Of a DNA stretch of 64,000 nucleotides, positions 37,860 to 59,105 are shown in pieces. The position numbers and the translations under genes were made by a program. This DNA is from Anaeramoeba ignava BMAN. Its lineage: Eukaryota > Protista > Anaeramoebae. Numbering within the stretch: position 1 is the stretch's first letter; each line of letters opens with the position of its first letter. Where the stretch lies: NCBI GenBank assembly GCA_028826165.1, contig JAPDFW010000033.1, forward strand, positions 1 through 64,000, given 5' to 3'. The notes under the pieces are model-generated. The model was given only the letters and a program-made list of their open reading frames with translations, did not search any database and was not told the DNA's origin.

Positions 37860-39105
37860 GATTTTATAATAAATATTTCCAAAGTGACTATAACAGATAA
37901 ATTTACTAAATTAAATAAAATAAAAGTTATTAATTTAATTAATAATTTACTTTATAATTTAATTTACTAATTAAATCAAATAAATTTATTTTTTGTAAAT
38001 GTTTTCCTTGTAATAAATTCTGTTTAAAATTTTAAATCTTTTCTTGATAACTTTTATTAATTGATTCAATAATAAATATTTCCAAAATGATTATCACAAA
38101 TAAATTTACTAAATTAAATAAAATAAAAGTTAATAATTTAATTTATAATTTACTTTAAAATTTAATTTACTTATTTAAATAAATTATGTTTAAAATTTTA
38201 AATCTTTTTTTGATAACTTTTATTAATTGATTCAATAATAAATATTTCCAAAATGATTATCAAAAATAAATTTACTAAATTAAATAAAATAAAAGTTATT
38301 AATTTACTTTATAATTTAATTTAAAATTTAATTTACTTATTTAAATAAATTCTGTTCAAAATTATAAATCTTTTCTTTATAACTTTTATTAATTGATTTA
38401 ATAGTAAATATTTCCAAAATGATTATCACAAATAAATTTACTAAACTAAATAAAATAAAAGTTATTAATTTAATTAATAATTTGATTTATAATTTAATTT
38501 ACTTATTTAAATAAATTCTGTTTAAAATTTTAAATCTTTTCTTTATAACTTTTATTAATTGATTTAATAGTAAATATTTCCAAAATGATTATCACAAATA
38601 AATTTACTAAACTAAATAAAATAAAAGTTATTAATTTAATTAATAATTTGATTTATAATTTAATTTACTTATTTAAATAAATTCTGTTTAAAATTTTAAA
38701 TCTTTTCTTGATAGGTTTTATTAATTAATTTAATAGTAAATATTTCCAAAATGATTATCACAGATAAATTTACTAAATTAAATAAAATAAAAGTTATTAA
38801 TTTAATTTATAATTTAAATAATAATTTAATTTACTTATTTAAATAAATTCTGTTTAAAATTATAAATCTTTTCTTTATAACTTTTATTAATTAATTTAAT
38901 AATAAATATTTCCAAAATGATTATTACAGATAAATTTACTAAATTAAAATAAATAAAAGTTATTAATTTAATTAATAATTTAATTAATAATTTAATTTAC
39001 TTATTTAAATAAATTCTGTTTAAAATTATAAATCTTTTCTGTATAACTTTTATTAATTAATTCAATAATAAATATTTCCAAAATGATTATTAAAAATAAA
39101 TTTAA
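37860..39105. repeat. 166-bp tandem satellite array
   Basis: AAATATTTCCAAA at 37871, 38074, 38240, 38406, 38572, 38738, 38904 and 39070, an exact 166-bp period from 38074. Confidence 0.92.
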
Positions 39106-39261
39106 AAAAAAAAATGAAAAAAAATAAAATTTGTTTTTTGAAGAATTTCAATTAAACGAGTTTCAAAAAAAAAAATCAAATCAAATCAAATCAAATCAAA
39201 TTAGAAATTTCGGAAAAAAAAAGAAAAGAAAAAAGAAGGAAAAAGAAGGAAAAAGAGACAG

Positions 39262-47106
<7,845 letters not shown>

Positions 47107-47679
47107 TGTTTTTTTTGTTGTTGTTTCTAAATTTTAAAAAAAAATTTTATTTTGAATTAAATCAATAAAAGAAAAAAAGAATAAAGTTGGATTTTAAAAA
47201 GAGTTTGTTGAAAATGACAAAAAAAAAATGAAAAAAAAAAATTAATAAAAAAAAATTTTTATTTTATTTTTTTTCTTTTGATCATTTAAAATAAAAATAA
47301 AATAAAAATTAATAAACAAAAAAATTTTTTTTCTTTTTTATTTTTTTAATTAAAAAAATTTTGCTTTTTTTCTTTTTTTCTTTTATTTAATTAATTTTTT
47401 TTTAATTATGAGGTTAATTTGACTATTTTTGGAAAGTTCAATTTTTTTCTTTTTATTTATTTTAATTTAATTTAAAAAATAATTTTGTAAACAAGATCTA
47501 TTTTAAAAAATTATCCAAAAAAATTTTCCCATTTTTAATAAATTTCTTATCAATTTTAAACAATAATTTTAATTAGAAAATATTAAATTAAAAAAGAAAT
47601 TATTAATCAAATAAAAACAATAAATTATTAACTAAATGAAAAGAGGAATTGATTATTTGAATCAATTAATCAATCAAAT

Positions 47680-48675
47680 ATCAAAAATGGAAATAGATTT
47701 AATTTAATATTTAATTTGGAAATTAATTTAAAAATATAATTTAATATTTATTTCAATTATTAAAATAATAATTTATTGTTTTAAATTTAAATATTTTATT
47801 ATTTAAATATTAAACATAAAAATATCAAAAATGAAAATAGATTTAATTTAATATTCAATTTAGAAATTAATTTAAAAATATAATTTAATATTTATTTCAA
47901 TTATTAAAATAATAATTTAATGAATTAAATTTAAATATTTTATTATTTCAAAAATATTAATACATAAAAATATCAAAAATGAGATAAAATAAATTTTAAT
48001 TTAATATTTAGTTTGAAAATTAATTTGAAAATATAATTTATTTATTTAATTACATGTTTTAGATAATAATTTATTGTTTTAAATTTAAATATTTTCTTAT
48101 TTAAATATTAAACACATAAATATCAAAAATTAAGAATAAAAATAGTAATTTAAGCAATGAAAATGTAATTCCAATTTTAATTTAAAAGGAATTAAAATTA
48201 ATTTATTGTTAAAAATTATTAAAATTCAGTTTTTCTCTTTATTAAAATATTTCACTTTTCTTCTTAAATTTTATTAAATTATTGAGTATTATTTTTATAT
48301 TATTTTAAATAAAGAAATATTGATAAAATATATAAAGATATAATTAATTCCAAATTTAATTATTTAATATTCTTTTATTTCAAAATTTGAAATAAATTAA
48401 TTAAAATATTTTATTAATTTTATTTAAATTATTGGTAATAATTTTATATTATTTTAAATAAAGAAATATTGATAAAATATATAAAATATAATTGATCCCA
48501 AATTTAATTATTTAATATTCTTTATTTAAAAATTTGAAATAAATTAATTAAAAATATTTTATTAATTTTATTTAAATTTTTGGTAATTATTTTATATTAT
48601 TTTTGAATAAAGAAATATTGATAAAATATATAAGATATAATTAATTCCAAATTTAATTATTTATTATTCTTTATT
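47680..48675. repeat. Partial copy of the AT-rich element at 55194-56106
   Basis: Shares the left-end motif (three copies), the core AGCAATGAAAAT...TCAGTTTTTCTCTTTATTAAAATATTTCACTTTTCTTC and the ~148-bp internal repeats. No right TIR. Confidence 0.75.
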
Positions 48676-49097
48676 CCATTTATTTTTTTTTCATTTTTTT
48701 CTTTTCAAAAAAAAGCAAAAATTTAAAATAAAGTAAATATTTTTTTCCTTAATTTTTAAAACAATAAAAATAAATTTAATAAATAAATAATAATAAAAAT
48801 ATAAAATATAAATGAAATAGAAACAAAATACCTATTAATTACTTATTAATTTATTATTATTTCAATAAATAAAAAAAGGAAAAATAAATTTTAATTTTAA
48901 TTTTAATCAAAAAATTATCAATAAAAAATTATAATTTAAATTTAATTACAAATAAAAATGAAAAGAAAATTATTTTTATTATTAATTTATTATTATTTTC
49001 CAAATATTTATTTTATTTATTCATTTAAAAAAAACTAATTATCCACTTTTATTTTTCTTTTTTATTTTCAAAAATAAAATTATTTACAATAGAAGAA

Positions 49098-52000
49098 ATG
49101 AGTGATTCTTCAAATCAAATTGATTCAAATCAAAATGAAAAATCAAAAAAAAAAGTAAAGAAAAAGAACAAAAATCAAAATCAAAAGAAAAATCAAAATC
49201 AAAAATTAGCAAAGAAAGGAAAACCAAATCAAAAAATCAAAAAAAATAAATTAAAATCAAAATCAAAATCAAAATCAAAATCAAAATCAAAATCAAAATC
49301 AAAACAAAATCAAAATCAAAATCAAATTGAAAAAAAACAAAATCAAAAAATTGAAATAGCAGAATTATATCAATTTTCTCCTCAAGAAATGAATAAATTT
49401 TTAATTTGTGAACTTCTTTCAAATTATAAAAAAATGTTTGAAAATGAAGAAAATTGTGATTTTATAATTTATGTTGGAAAAAATAATCAAAAAATTCCTT
49501 GTCACAAATCAATACTTAATTCAAGATCAAAATTTTTTTATGAAAATCATCATGAAAAATCAGAAAATGAAGAATTATATCTTCCAAAATTTGAATATGA
49601 TATTGTTAAACCAATAATTTCATTTCTTTATGATTCAGAATTTAAATTTGAATTAAACAAATTTGAAAAATATTTACAACTTTCAAAACATTTTAAATTA
49701 AAAAGTTTAACAATCAAAATTGAAAATGAAATTTCAGAACAAATTAATGAAACAAATGTTATTGTTATTTATTTCAAAAGTATTTCCATTGAATCAAATT
49801 ATCTTTCCAATATTTGTGAAAAATTTATTAAAGATAATATTGATAAAATTATTGAAGAAAATCAAACAGGAAAAATTAATAACAAACAATTAAATGAAAT
49901 TATTCAAATTATTCAATCAACACCAAAAGAAAACAGAATTGATTTAATTTGGAAATTATCTCAAGATTGGAAGGAGAAATTTGAAAAAAGTAACCAAAAT
50001 TTAATAGATAAAGAGAAATATATTGATCCAATTCAAATTCAAGAACTTAATAATAAAATTCAAGATTTTCATTTAATTATTGATAATATCAAACATGATG
50101 GATACATTTCAAATAATTCAACAACTAAAAATAATCCAATTTTACCTTCAACTCATCAACTCCAATTAATGAATCAAAAAAATAAAGAATTAAATCAAGA
50201 AAATCAAAAAACTTAAAAGAAAAATTAAAAGAAAAACCAAATTAATTCAACAAAAAGATCAAGAAATTAATCAATTTAAACAATCTATTCAACAAAAAGA
50301 TCAAGAAATTAATCAATTTAATCAATCTATTCAACAAAAAGATCAAGAAATTAATCAATTTAAACAATCTATTCAAGAAAAAGATAAAGAAATTAATCAA
50401 TTTAAACAATCTATTCAACAAAAAGATAAAGAAATAAAACAAGAAAATCAAAAAATTAAAAGAAAAATTAAAAGAAAAACCAAATTAATTCAACAAAAAG
50501 ATAAAGAAACTAATCAATTTAAACAATCTATTCAACAAAAAGATCAAAAAATTAATCAATTCAAGCAAATTAATTCAACAAAAAGATAAAGAAACTAATC
50601 AATTTAAACAATCTATTCAACAAAAAGATCAAAAAATTAATCAATTCAAGCAATCAATTCAACAAAAAGATAAAGAAATTAATCAATTTAATCAATCTAT
50701 TCAACAAAAAGATAAAGAAATTAATCAATTTAAACAATCTATTCAACAAAAAGATAAAGAAATTAATCAATTTAATCAATCTATTCAACAAAAAGATAAA
50801 GAAATTAATCAATTTAATCAATCTATTCAACAAAAAGATAAAGAAATTAATCAATTTAAACAATCTATTCAACAAAAAGATAAAGAAATTAATAAATTTA
50901 AACAATCTATTCAACAAAAAGATAAAGAAATTAATAAATTTAAACAATCTATTCAACAAAAAGAAAACAAAATTCAAAAACAAAAAAATAAGATAAAAGA
51001 AATTCGAACAGAATTAGAAATTTTTGAATCAGAAAGAAAAGCATATCATGATTTAGAAAATTTTATAAATCAAATTTCAAATTTAAATGAAAGTAAATTC
51101 TTTTAAAACAAAAAATTTAAATTTATTATTAATTATTTTGAAAATTAAATTCATTTCAAATCTAAAATTTAAAATCAAAATGAAAAAAAAAGAATCTATT
51201 GAAGAAACAATAAAATATATGAAACAATGCCCAAATAATCAAAAAATTCAAGAAAATGGATGTTTTATTTTACGAGAATTTGCAAGAGAAAATCAAGGTA
51301 AAATATTATTATTTCATTATTATTTCCCAAAATTTAATTTAATTTAATTTTTTTGGATTTCATTAATAATTGCCAAAAAAAATTGAAAATGAACTTCAAA
51401 AACTCAAAACTTCCAAGATAATCGAAATACTATCAGAAAATTAAATGGAATAAAATCTGTTATTAAATCAATGAATAATTTCCAAAATAATCAAAATATT
51501 CAATTGCAAGGATGTTGGGCTTTATGGAATATTGCTGCTAATAATAATGGTAAATATAAATATAAATAAATTGATAAAATTAATTTAATCAATTTATTTT
51601 CCAAAAAATTAATCAAAAAATAATCAATTTAAATTTCAATTTATTTCCAAAAAAAAATATAAAATAGAAAACAAAATTGAAATAAGGGAATTAAAAGGAA
51701 TTGAATCTGTTATTAAAGCAATGAATAATTTCCCAAATAATCAAGATATTCAAGAAAAAGGATGTGAAGCTTTATGGATTTTTGCTTATAATGATGGTAA
51801 ATATAAATATAATCAAAATATATTGATAAAATTAATTTAATCAATTATTCATTATTAATTATTAATCAAAATTAATCAATTTATTTTCCAAAAAATTAAT
51901 CAAAAAATAATCAATTTAAATTTCAATTTATTTTCCAAAAAAAAATATAAAATAGAAAACAAAATTGAAATAAGAAAATTAAATGGAATAAAATCTATTA

Positions 52001-54883
52001 TTAAATCAATGAATAATTTCCCAAATAATCAAGATATTCAAGAAAAAGGATGTGAAGCTTTATTGAATATTGCTTTTGATAAAGGTAAATATAAATATAA
52101 TCAAAATATCAATATTAAATTGATAAAATTAATTTAATTAATTATTTCATTATTAATCATTAATCAAAAATTAATCAATTTATTTTCCAAAAAATTAATC
52201 AAAAATAATCAATTTAAATTTCAATTTATTTTCCAAAAAAAAATATAAAATAGAAAACAAAATTGAAATAAGGGAATTAAATGGAATTGAATCTGTTATT
52301 AAATCAATGAATAATTTCCCAAATAATCAAGATATTCAAGAAAAAGGATGTGGAGCTTTAAATAGTTTTGCTTATGATAAAGGTAAATATAAATATAATC
52401 AAAATATCAAATAAATTGATAAAATTAATTTAATCAATTATTTCATTATTAATTATTAATCAAAAAATAATTAATTTATTTTCCAAAAACAATATAAAAT
52501 AGAAAACAAAATTGAAATAAGAAATTTAAAAGGAATTGAATCTATTATTAAAGCAATGAATAATTTCCCAAATAATCAAAATATTCAAGAAAAAGGATGT
52601 TCAGCTTTATTGAATATTGCTGCTAATAATAATGGTAAATATAAATATAATCAAAATAAATTGATAAAATTAATTATTTCATTATTAATAATTAACCAAA
52701 AATTAATTAATTTATTTTCCAAAAAAATTAATCAAAAAATAATCAATTTAAATTTCAATTTATTTTCCAAAAAAATATAAAATAGAAAACAAAATTGAAA
52801 TAAGGAATTTAAAAGGAATTGAATCTGTTATTAAAGCAATGAATAATTTCCAAAATAATCAAAATATTCAAGAAAAAGGATGTTGGGCTTTATTGAATAT
52901 TGCTGCTAATAATAAAGGTAAATAAAAATATAATCAAAATATCAAAATATATTGATAAAATTATTTCATTATTAATTATTAATCAAAAATTAATCAATTT
53001 ATTTTCCAAAAAATTAATCAAAAATAATCAATTTAAATTTCAATTTATTTTCCAAAAAAAATATAAAATAGAAAACAAAATTGAAATAAGGAATTTAAAA
53101 GGAATTGAATCTATTATTAAATCAATGAATAATTTCCCAAATAATCAAAATATTCAACTGAAAGGATGTGGAGCTTTATTGAATATTGCTGTTAATAATG
53201 ATGGTAAATAAAAATATAATCAAAATAAATAAATTGATAAAATTAATTTAATTATTCCATTATTAATAATTAATTTAAATTTCAATTTATTTTCCCAAAA
53301 AAAATATAAAATAGAAAACAAAATTGAAATTAGAAATTTAAAAGGAATTGAATCTGTTATTAAATCAATGAATAATTTCCCAAATAATCAAAATATTCAA
53401 GAAAAAGGATGTTCAGCTTTAAATATATCATAATCAAAATAATAAATTGATAAAATTAATTTAATTAATTATTCCATTATTAATTATTAATCAAAAATTA
53501 ATTAATTTATTTCCAAAAAAATAATCAAAAATAATCAATTTAAATTTCAATTTATTTCCAAAAAAAAATATAAAATAGAAAACAAAATTGAAATAAGGAA
53601 ATTAAAAGGAATTGAACCTATTATTAAAGCAATGAATAATTTCCCAAATAATCAAAATATTCAAGAAAAAGGATGTGCAGCTTTAAAGATTATTGCTTTT
53701 GATAAAGGTAAATATAAATATAATCAAAATAAATAAATTGATAAAATTAATTTAATTAATTATTTCATTATTAATTATTAATCAAAAAATAATCAATTTA
53801 TTTTCCAAAAAAATAATCAAAAAATAATCAATTTAAATTTCAATTTATTTTCCAAAAAAAATATAAAATAGAAAACAAAATTGAAATAAGGGAATTAAAA
53901 GGAATTAACTCTGTTATAAAAGCAATGAATAATTTCCCAAATAATCAAGATATTCAAGAAAAAGGATGTGAAGCTTTAAATAGTTTTGCTTTTGATAAAG
54001 GTAAATATAAATATAATCAAAATAAATTGATAAAATTAATTTAATTAATTATTTCATTATTAATAATTAATCAAAAAATAATCAATTTATTTTCCAAAAA
54101 ATTAATCAAAAATAATCAATTTAAATTTCAATTTATTTTCCAAAAAAAATATAAAATAGAAAACAAAATTGAAATAAGGAATTTAAAAGGAATTGAACCT
54201 GTTATAAAAGCAATGAATAATTTCCCAAATAATCAAGACATTCAACAAAAAGGATGTGAAGCTTTAGATATTTTTGCTTATAATAATGGTAAATAAAAAT
54301 ATAATCAAAATAAATAAATTGATAAAATTAATTTAATTAATTATTTCATTATTAATTATTAATCAAAAAATAATCAATTTATTTTCCAAAAAATTAATCA
54401 AAAAATAATCAATTTAAATTTCAATTTATTTTCCAAAAAAATATAAAATAGAAAACAATATTGAAATAAGGAATTTAAAAGGAATTGAACCTATTATTAA
54501 AGCAATGAATAATTTCCCAAATAATCAAAATATTCAAAAATATGGATGTTCAGCTTTAGATACTCTTGCTTATGATAATGGTAAATATAAATATAATCAA
54601 AATAAAATCAAAATAAATAAATTGATAAAATTAATTTAATTAATTATTTCATTATTAATTATTAATCAAAAAATAATCAATTTATTTTCCAAAAAATTAA
54701 TCAAAAATAATCAATTTAAATTTCAATTTATTTTCCAAAAAAAAATATAAAATAGAAAACAAAATTGAAATTAGAAATTTAAAAGGAATTGAATCTGTTA
54801 TTAAAGCAATGAATAATTTCCCAAATCATGAAAATATTCAAAAATATGGAAAACGGGCTTTAGAAAAATTACAAAACAATTGA
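49098..54883 (+). CDS. BTB(-BACK) / coiled-coil / armadillo-repeat protein with one ARM repeat per exon
   Basis: BTB (CDFIIYVG...IPCHKSILNSRSKFF), a 42-nt repeat encoding QQKDKEINQFKQSI (with indels), N-cap exon 51193-51297, ARM exons at 51418, 51668, 51956, 52254, 52503, 52786, 53072, 53315 (broken), 53579, 53872, 54160 and 54452, and terminal exon 54756-54883. Confidence 0.82.
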
Positions 54884-55022
54884 ATTTTTTTTTCACTTTA
54901 TTTTCATTTCATTTTTTTCTTTTCTTTTTCCAAACAAATTTAATAAAAAACAAAACAAAATAACAAAATCAAATTATTTTTCTTTTTTATATTTAATTTC
55001 TCAATAATTTCCAAAATAAATA

Positions 55023-55189
<167 letters not shown>

Positions 55190-55193
55190 TATC

Positions 55194-56106
55194 AAAAATG
55201 AAAATAAGTTTAATTTAATATTTAATTTAGAAATTAATTTAAAAATATAATTTATTATTTAATTCCCAAAAATTAAAATAAGTTTAATTTAATATTTAAT
55301 TTGGAAATTAATTTGAAAATATAATTTATTATTTATTTCAATTATTAAAATAATAATTTATTGTTTTAAATTTAAATATTTTCTTATTTCAATAGTAAAC
55401 ATATAAATATCAAAAATTAAGAATGAAAAATAGTAATTTAAGCAATGAAAATATAATTCCAATTTAATTTAAAAGGAATTAAAATTAATTTATTGTTAAA
55501 AATTATTAAAATTCAGTTTTTCTCTTTATTAAAATATTTCACTTTTCTTCTTAAATTTTATTAAATTATTGGGAATTATTTTATATTATTTTAAATAAAG
55601 AAATATTGATAAAATATATAAAATAGAATTAATCCCAAATTTAATTATTTAATATTCTTTATTTCAAATTTGAAATAAATTAATTAAAATATTTTATTAA
55701 TTTTATTAAATTATTGGGAATTATTTTATATTATTTTAAATAAAGAAATATTGATAAAATATATAAAATAAATTAATTCCAAATTTAATTATTTAATATT
55801 CTTTATTTAAAATTTTGAAATAAATTAATTAAAATATTTTATTAATTTTATTTAATTATTGGGAATTATTTTATATTATTTTAAATAAAGAAATATTCAT
55901 AAAATATATAAAATAGAATTAATTCCAAATTAAATTATTTATTATTCTTTATTTCAAATTTGAAATAAATTAATTAAAATATTTTATTAATTTATTTAAT
56001 TATTGAGAATTATTTTATATTATTTTGAATAAAGAAATTAAATATTAAATTATATTTTTAAATTAATTTCCAAATTAAATATTAAATTAAAATAATTTTC
56101 ATTTTT
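55194..56106. mobile_element. MITE-like non-coding element with ~65-bp terminal inverted repeats
   Basis: 55194-55258 is the near-exact reverse complement of 56042-56106. Internal 145-bp direct repeats, and a second partial copy at 47680-48675. No target-site duplication recognised. Confidence 0.55.
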
Positions 56107-56126
56107 CATTTTTCATTTATTAAAAA

Positions 56127-59043
56127 ATGAATCAAAATGAAAAAAATAGAAAACTTTTATCATCATGCCAAAATGGTTCAATAAAAGAAATAAAATTCTT
56201 CATAGAAAATGGAGCAGATATTACAATCAAAAATTCACTTCAACAAACACCTTTGCATTTAATTTGTAAATTTCAAAAAAAAGAAGATCCATTTGAAATT
56301 ATTAAATATCTAATTGAAAAGGGAATTGATTTTAATTCAAAATCCATTGGAAATGAAACACCTTTGCAGTTGGCTTGCCAAAACCAAAAATCAAAACTCA
56401 CTTCAAATTATCAAATTTCTAATTGAAAAAGGTTCTGATGTTAATGAGAAAAACTATTCAAATGAAACATGTTTACATTTCATTTCCAAAAATTTAAAGC
56501 AAAATTCATTTGAAATTATGAAATATTTAATTGAAAAAGGTTCTGATATTAATTCAAAAAACAATAATGATGAAACATGTTTACATTTCATTTCCAAAAA
56601 TTTAAATTCATTTTCATTTGAAATTATCAAATATTTAATTGAAAAAGGTTCTGATATTAATTCAAAAAATAATAATAATGAAACATGTTTACATTTCATT
56701 TCCAAAAATTTAAATTCATTTTCATTTGAAATTATCAAATATCTAATTGAAAAAGGAGTTGATATTAATGCTAAAAATAAGAATAACAATGAAACATGTT
56801 TACATTTCATTTCCAAAGATTTAAATTCATTTTCATTTGAAATTATGAAATATCTAATTGAAAAAGGAGCTGATATTAATGCAAAAAACAATAACAAAGA
56901 AACATGTTTACATTTTTTTTGCAATTTAAATCCAAATTCATTTGAAATTATGAAATATTTAGTTGAAAAAGGAGCTAATATTAACGCAAAAAATAAGAAT
57001 AATGAAACACCATTACATTTTTTTTGCAATTTAAATCCAAATTCATTTGAAGTTATTAAATATCTAGTTGAAAAAGGAGCTAATATTAATGCAAAAAACA
57101 ATTATAATGAAACACCATTACATTTAGTTTGTCAATATCAAAATCCAAATTCATTTGAGATTATTAAATATCTAATTGAAAAAGGAGCTAATGTTAATGC
57201 AAAAAACAATAATAATGAAGCTGTTTTGATTTTATTATGTAACGATTCAAATTCAAACTCATTTGAAATTATCAAATATTTAGTTGAAAAAGGAGCTGAT
57301 GTTAATACAAAAAGTAATAGCAATGAAACACCATTACATTCATTTTGTCGAGATCAAAATCCAGATTCGTTTAAAATTATCAAATATTTAGTTGAAAAAG
57401 GAGCTGATATAAACGCAAAAAACGATTATGATGAAACACCATTACTTTTGGTTTGTCGATACCAAAATCAAAGCTCGTTTAAAATTATTAAATATTTAGT
57501 TGAAAAAGGTTCTGATATTCATATAAAAGGAGTTTTAAATGATCCACCTTTGAATTATGTTTGCCGATATCAAAATTCAGATTTATTTGAGATTATCAAA
57601 TATTTGATTGAGAAAGGTTGCGATATTATTACGAAAAACAATTATAATGAAACACCCTTGCTTCTAGTTTGCCAAAATACCCAAAATTCACTTCAAATTA
57701 TCGAATATTTAATGGAAAAGGGTTCTGATGTACATGCAAAAAACAATAACAATGAAACAATTTTGCATTATGCTTCCCAAAATCAAAATCAAAATTCTTT
57801 TGAGATTATAGAATATTTAATTGAAAAAGGAGTAGATATCAATTCAAAAAACAATATCAATGAAACAATTTTGCATTATGTGGCTAAATATAGAAAGGAA
57901 AACCAAAAATCATTTGAGATGATCAAGTTTCTAATTGGGAAAGGAGCTGATCTAACAATCAAAACCAATTACGATGAAACACTTATTCACTATTTTATTC
58001 AGAATCATTACAAATCACAAAATGAAGATGAATTACTTGAAATTGTTAGATATTTATTTGAAAAAGGTGTTGATATCAATTTAAAAAACAAAGAGAATGA
58101 AACAGTATTATCCTTTTCCATCAAAAGCAACTATTTTAAATTGGTGAAATTTCTATTGATAAACGGCGCAAATGTATTTAATTTAGAATTAGAGCAAAAC
58201 TCTCCACAAATTAATGAATGGGTTCCGAAAATTTATTCATTCAATGAAGATATGAATAAATTACTTCATTCAAGTGAAAATTTTTCAGATTATCAAATTC
58301 AATCAAATGACTTTTCCAAATTTTTAGTTCATAAATTGGTTCTTTTATCAAGATTTAATAACGATGAATCAATTTTACAAAAATTCATTGAAATTTGCCA
58401 AAAAAAACCAAAAGAAGAAGTTCAACTTGCTTTGAATTTTCTTTATACAGGTTTTCCTGATTTCGATCATTTCTTTCAACAATTTGAGACTTTCAAAGAT
58501 TTAACTAATGAATACGCACAAATTAAAAAGGATTATTCCTCATTTAAAATTGATTGGTATTTGTATAATCAACGAATAATTGAAATTCAACAATTAAAAG
58601 AAAATCTAAACAAAGAACAAAAAGAAGAACAAGAAATTATTGTGGAATTTTTCAAAGAAATTGAATTTGATTTGGATTGGATTGAATCAAAATCAGAAAG
58701 AAAAGGAATTTTAAAGGATTTTCATCAATTATTTTATCAAGATGATTCACAAAAAGATTTTACAATCATTTTTGAAGAAGAAAAGAAAATCAAAGTACAT
58801 AAATTAGTATTAATAATAAGAAGTGATTTATTTAAAGGAATGTTTTTGAGTGTTTCAGATCCGTCAAATCAAGTTCATGATTATTCAGGAAAATCATTTG
58901 AAACAATTCAACAATTAATTTATTTTTTTTATCATGATAAATTTGATGAAACAAAATTAACAAAAGAAAATATTGAAGAGTTTGAAGATTTAAAAGATTA
59001 TTATCAATTAAATCAAAATTCAATAATTGATTTAATTATTTAA
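56127..59043 (+). CDS. Intronless ankyrin-repeat (~18 repeats) / tandem BTB protein
   Basis: ~35-aa repeats NETPLH...FEIIKYLIEKGADIN, followed by FLVHKLVLLSR and KIKVHKLVLIIRSDLFKGMF. An extra A near 56388 splits the two ORFs. Confidence 0.9.
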
Positions 59044-59105
59044 TTTTTTCATTTTTTCATTTTTTCATTTTTTTCTTTTCATTTTTATTTCAATAAAAAA
59101 AGAAA

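Noticed and set aside
56454-57323. Antisense ORFs over the ankyrin, INO1, VPS9 and surface-protein genes
   Set aside because: Shadow ORFs caused by codon bias and repeats on the coding strand.
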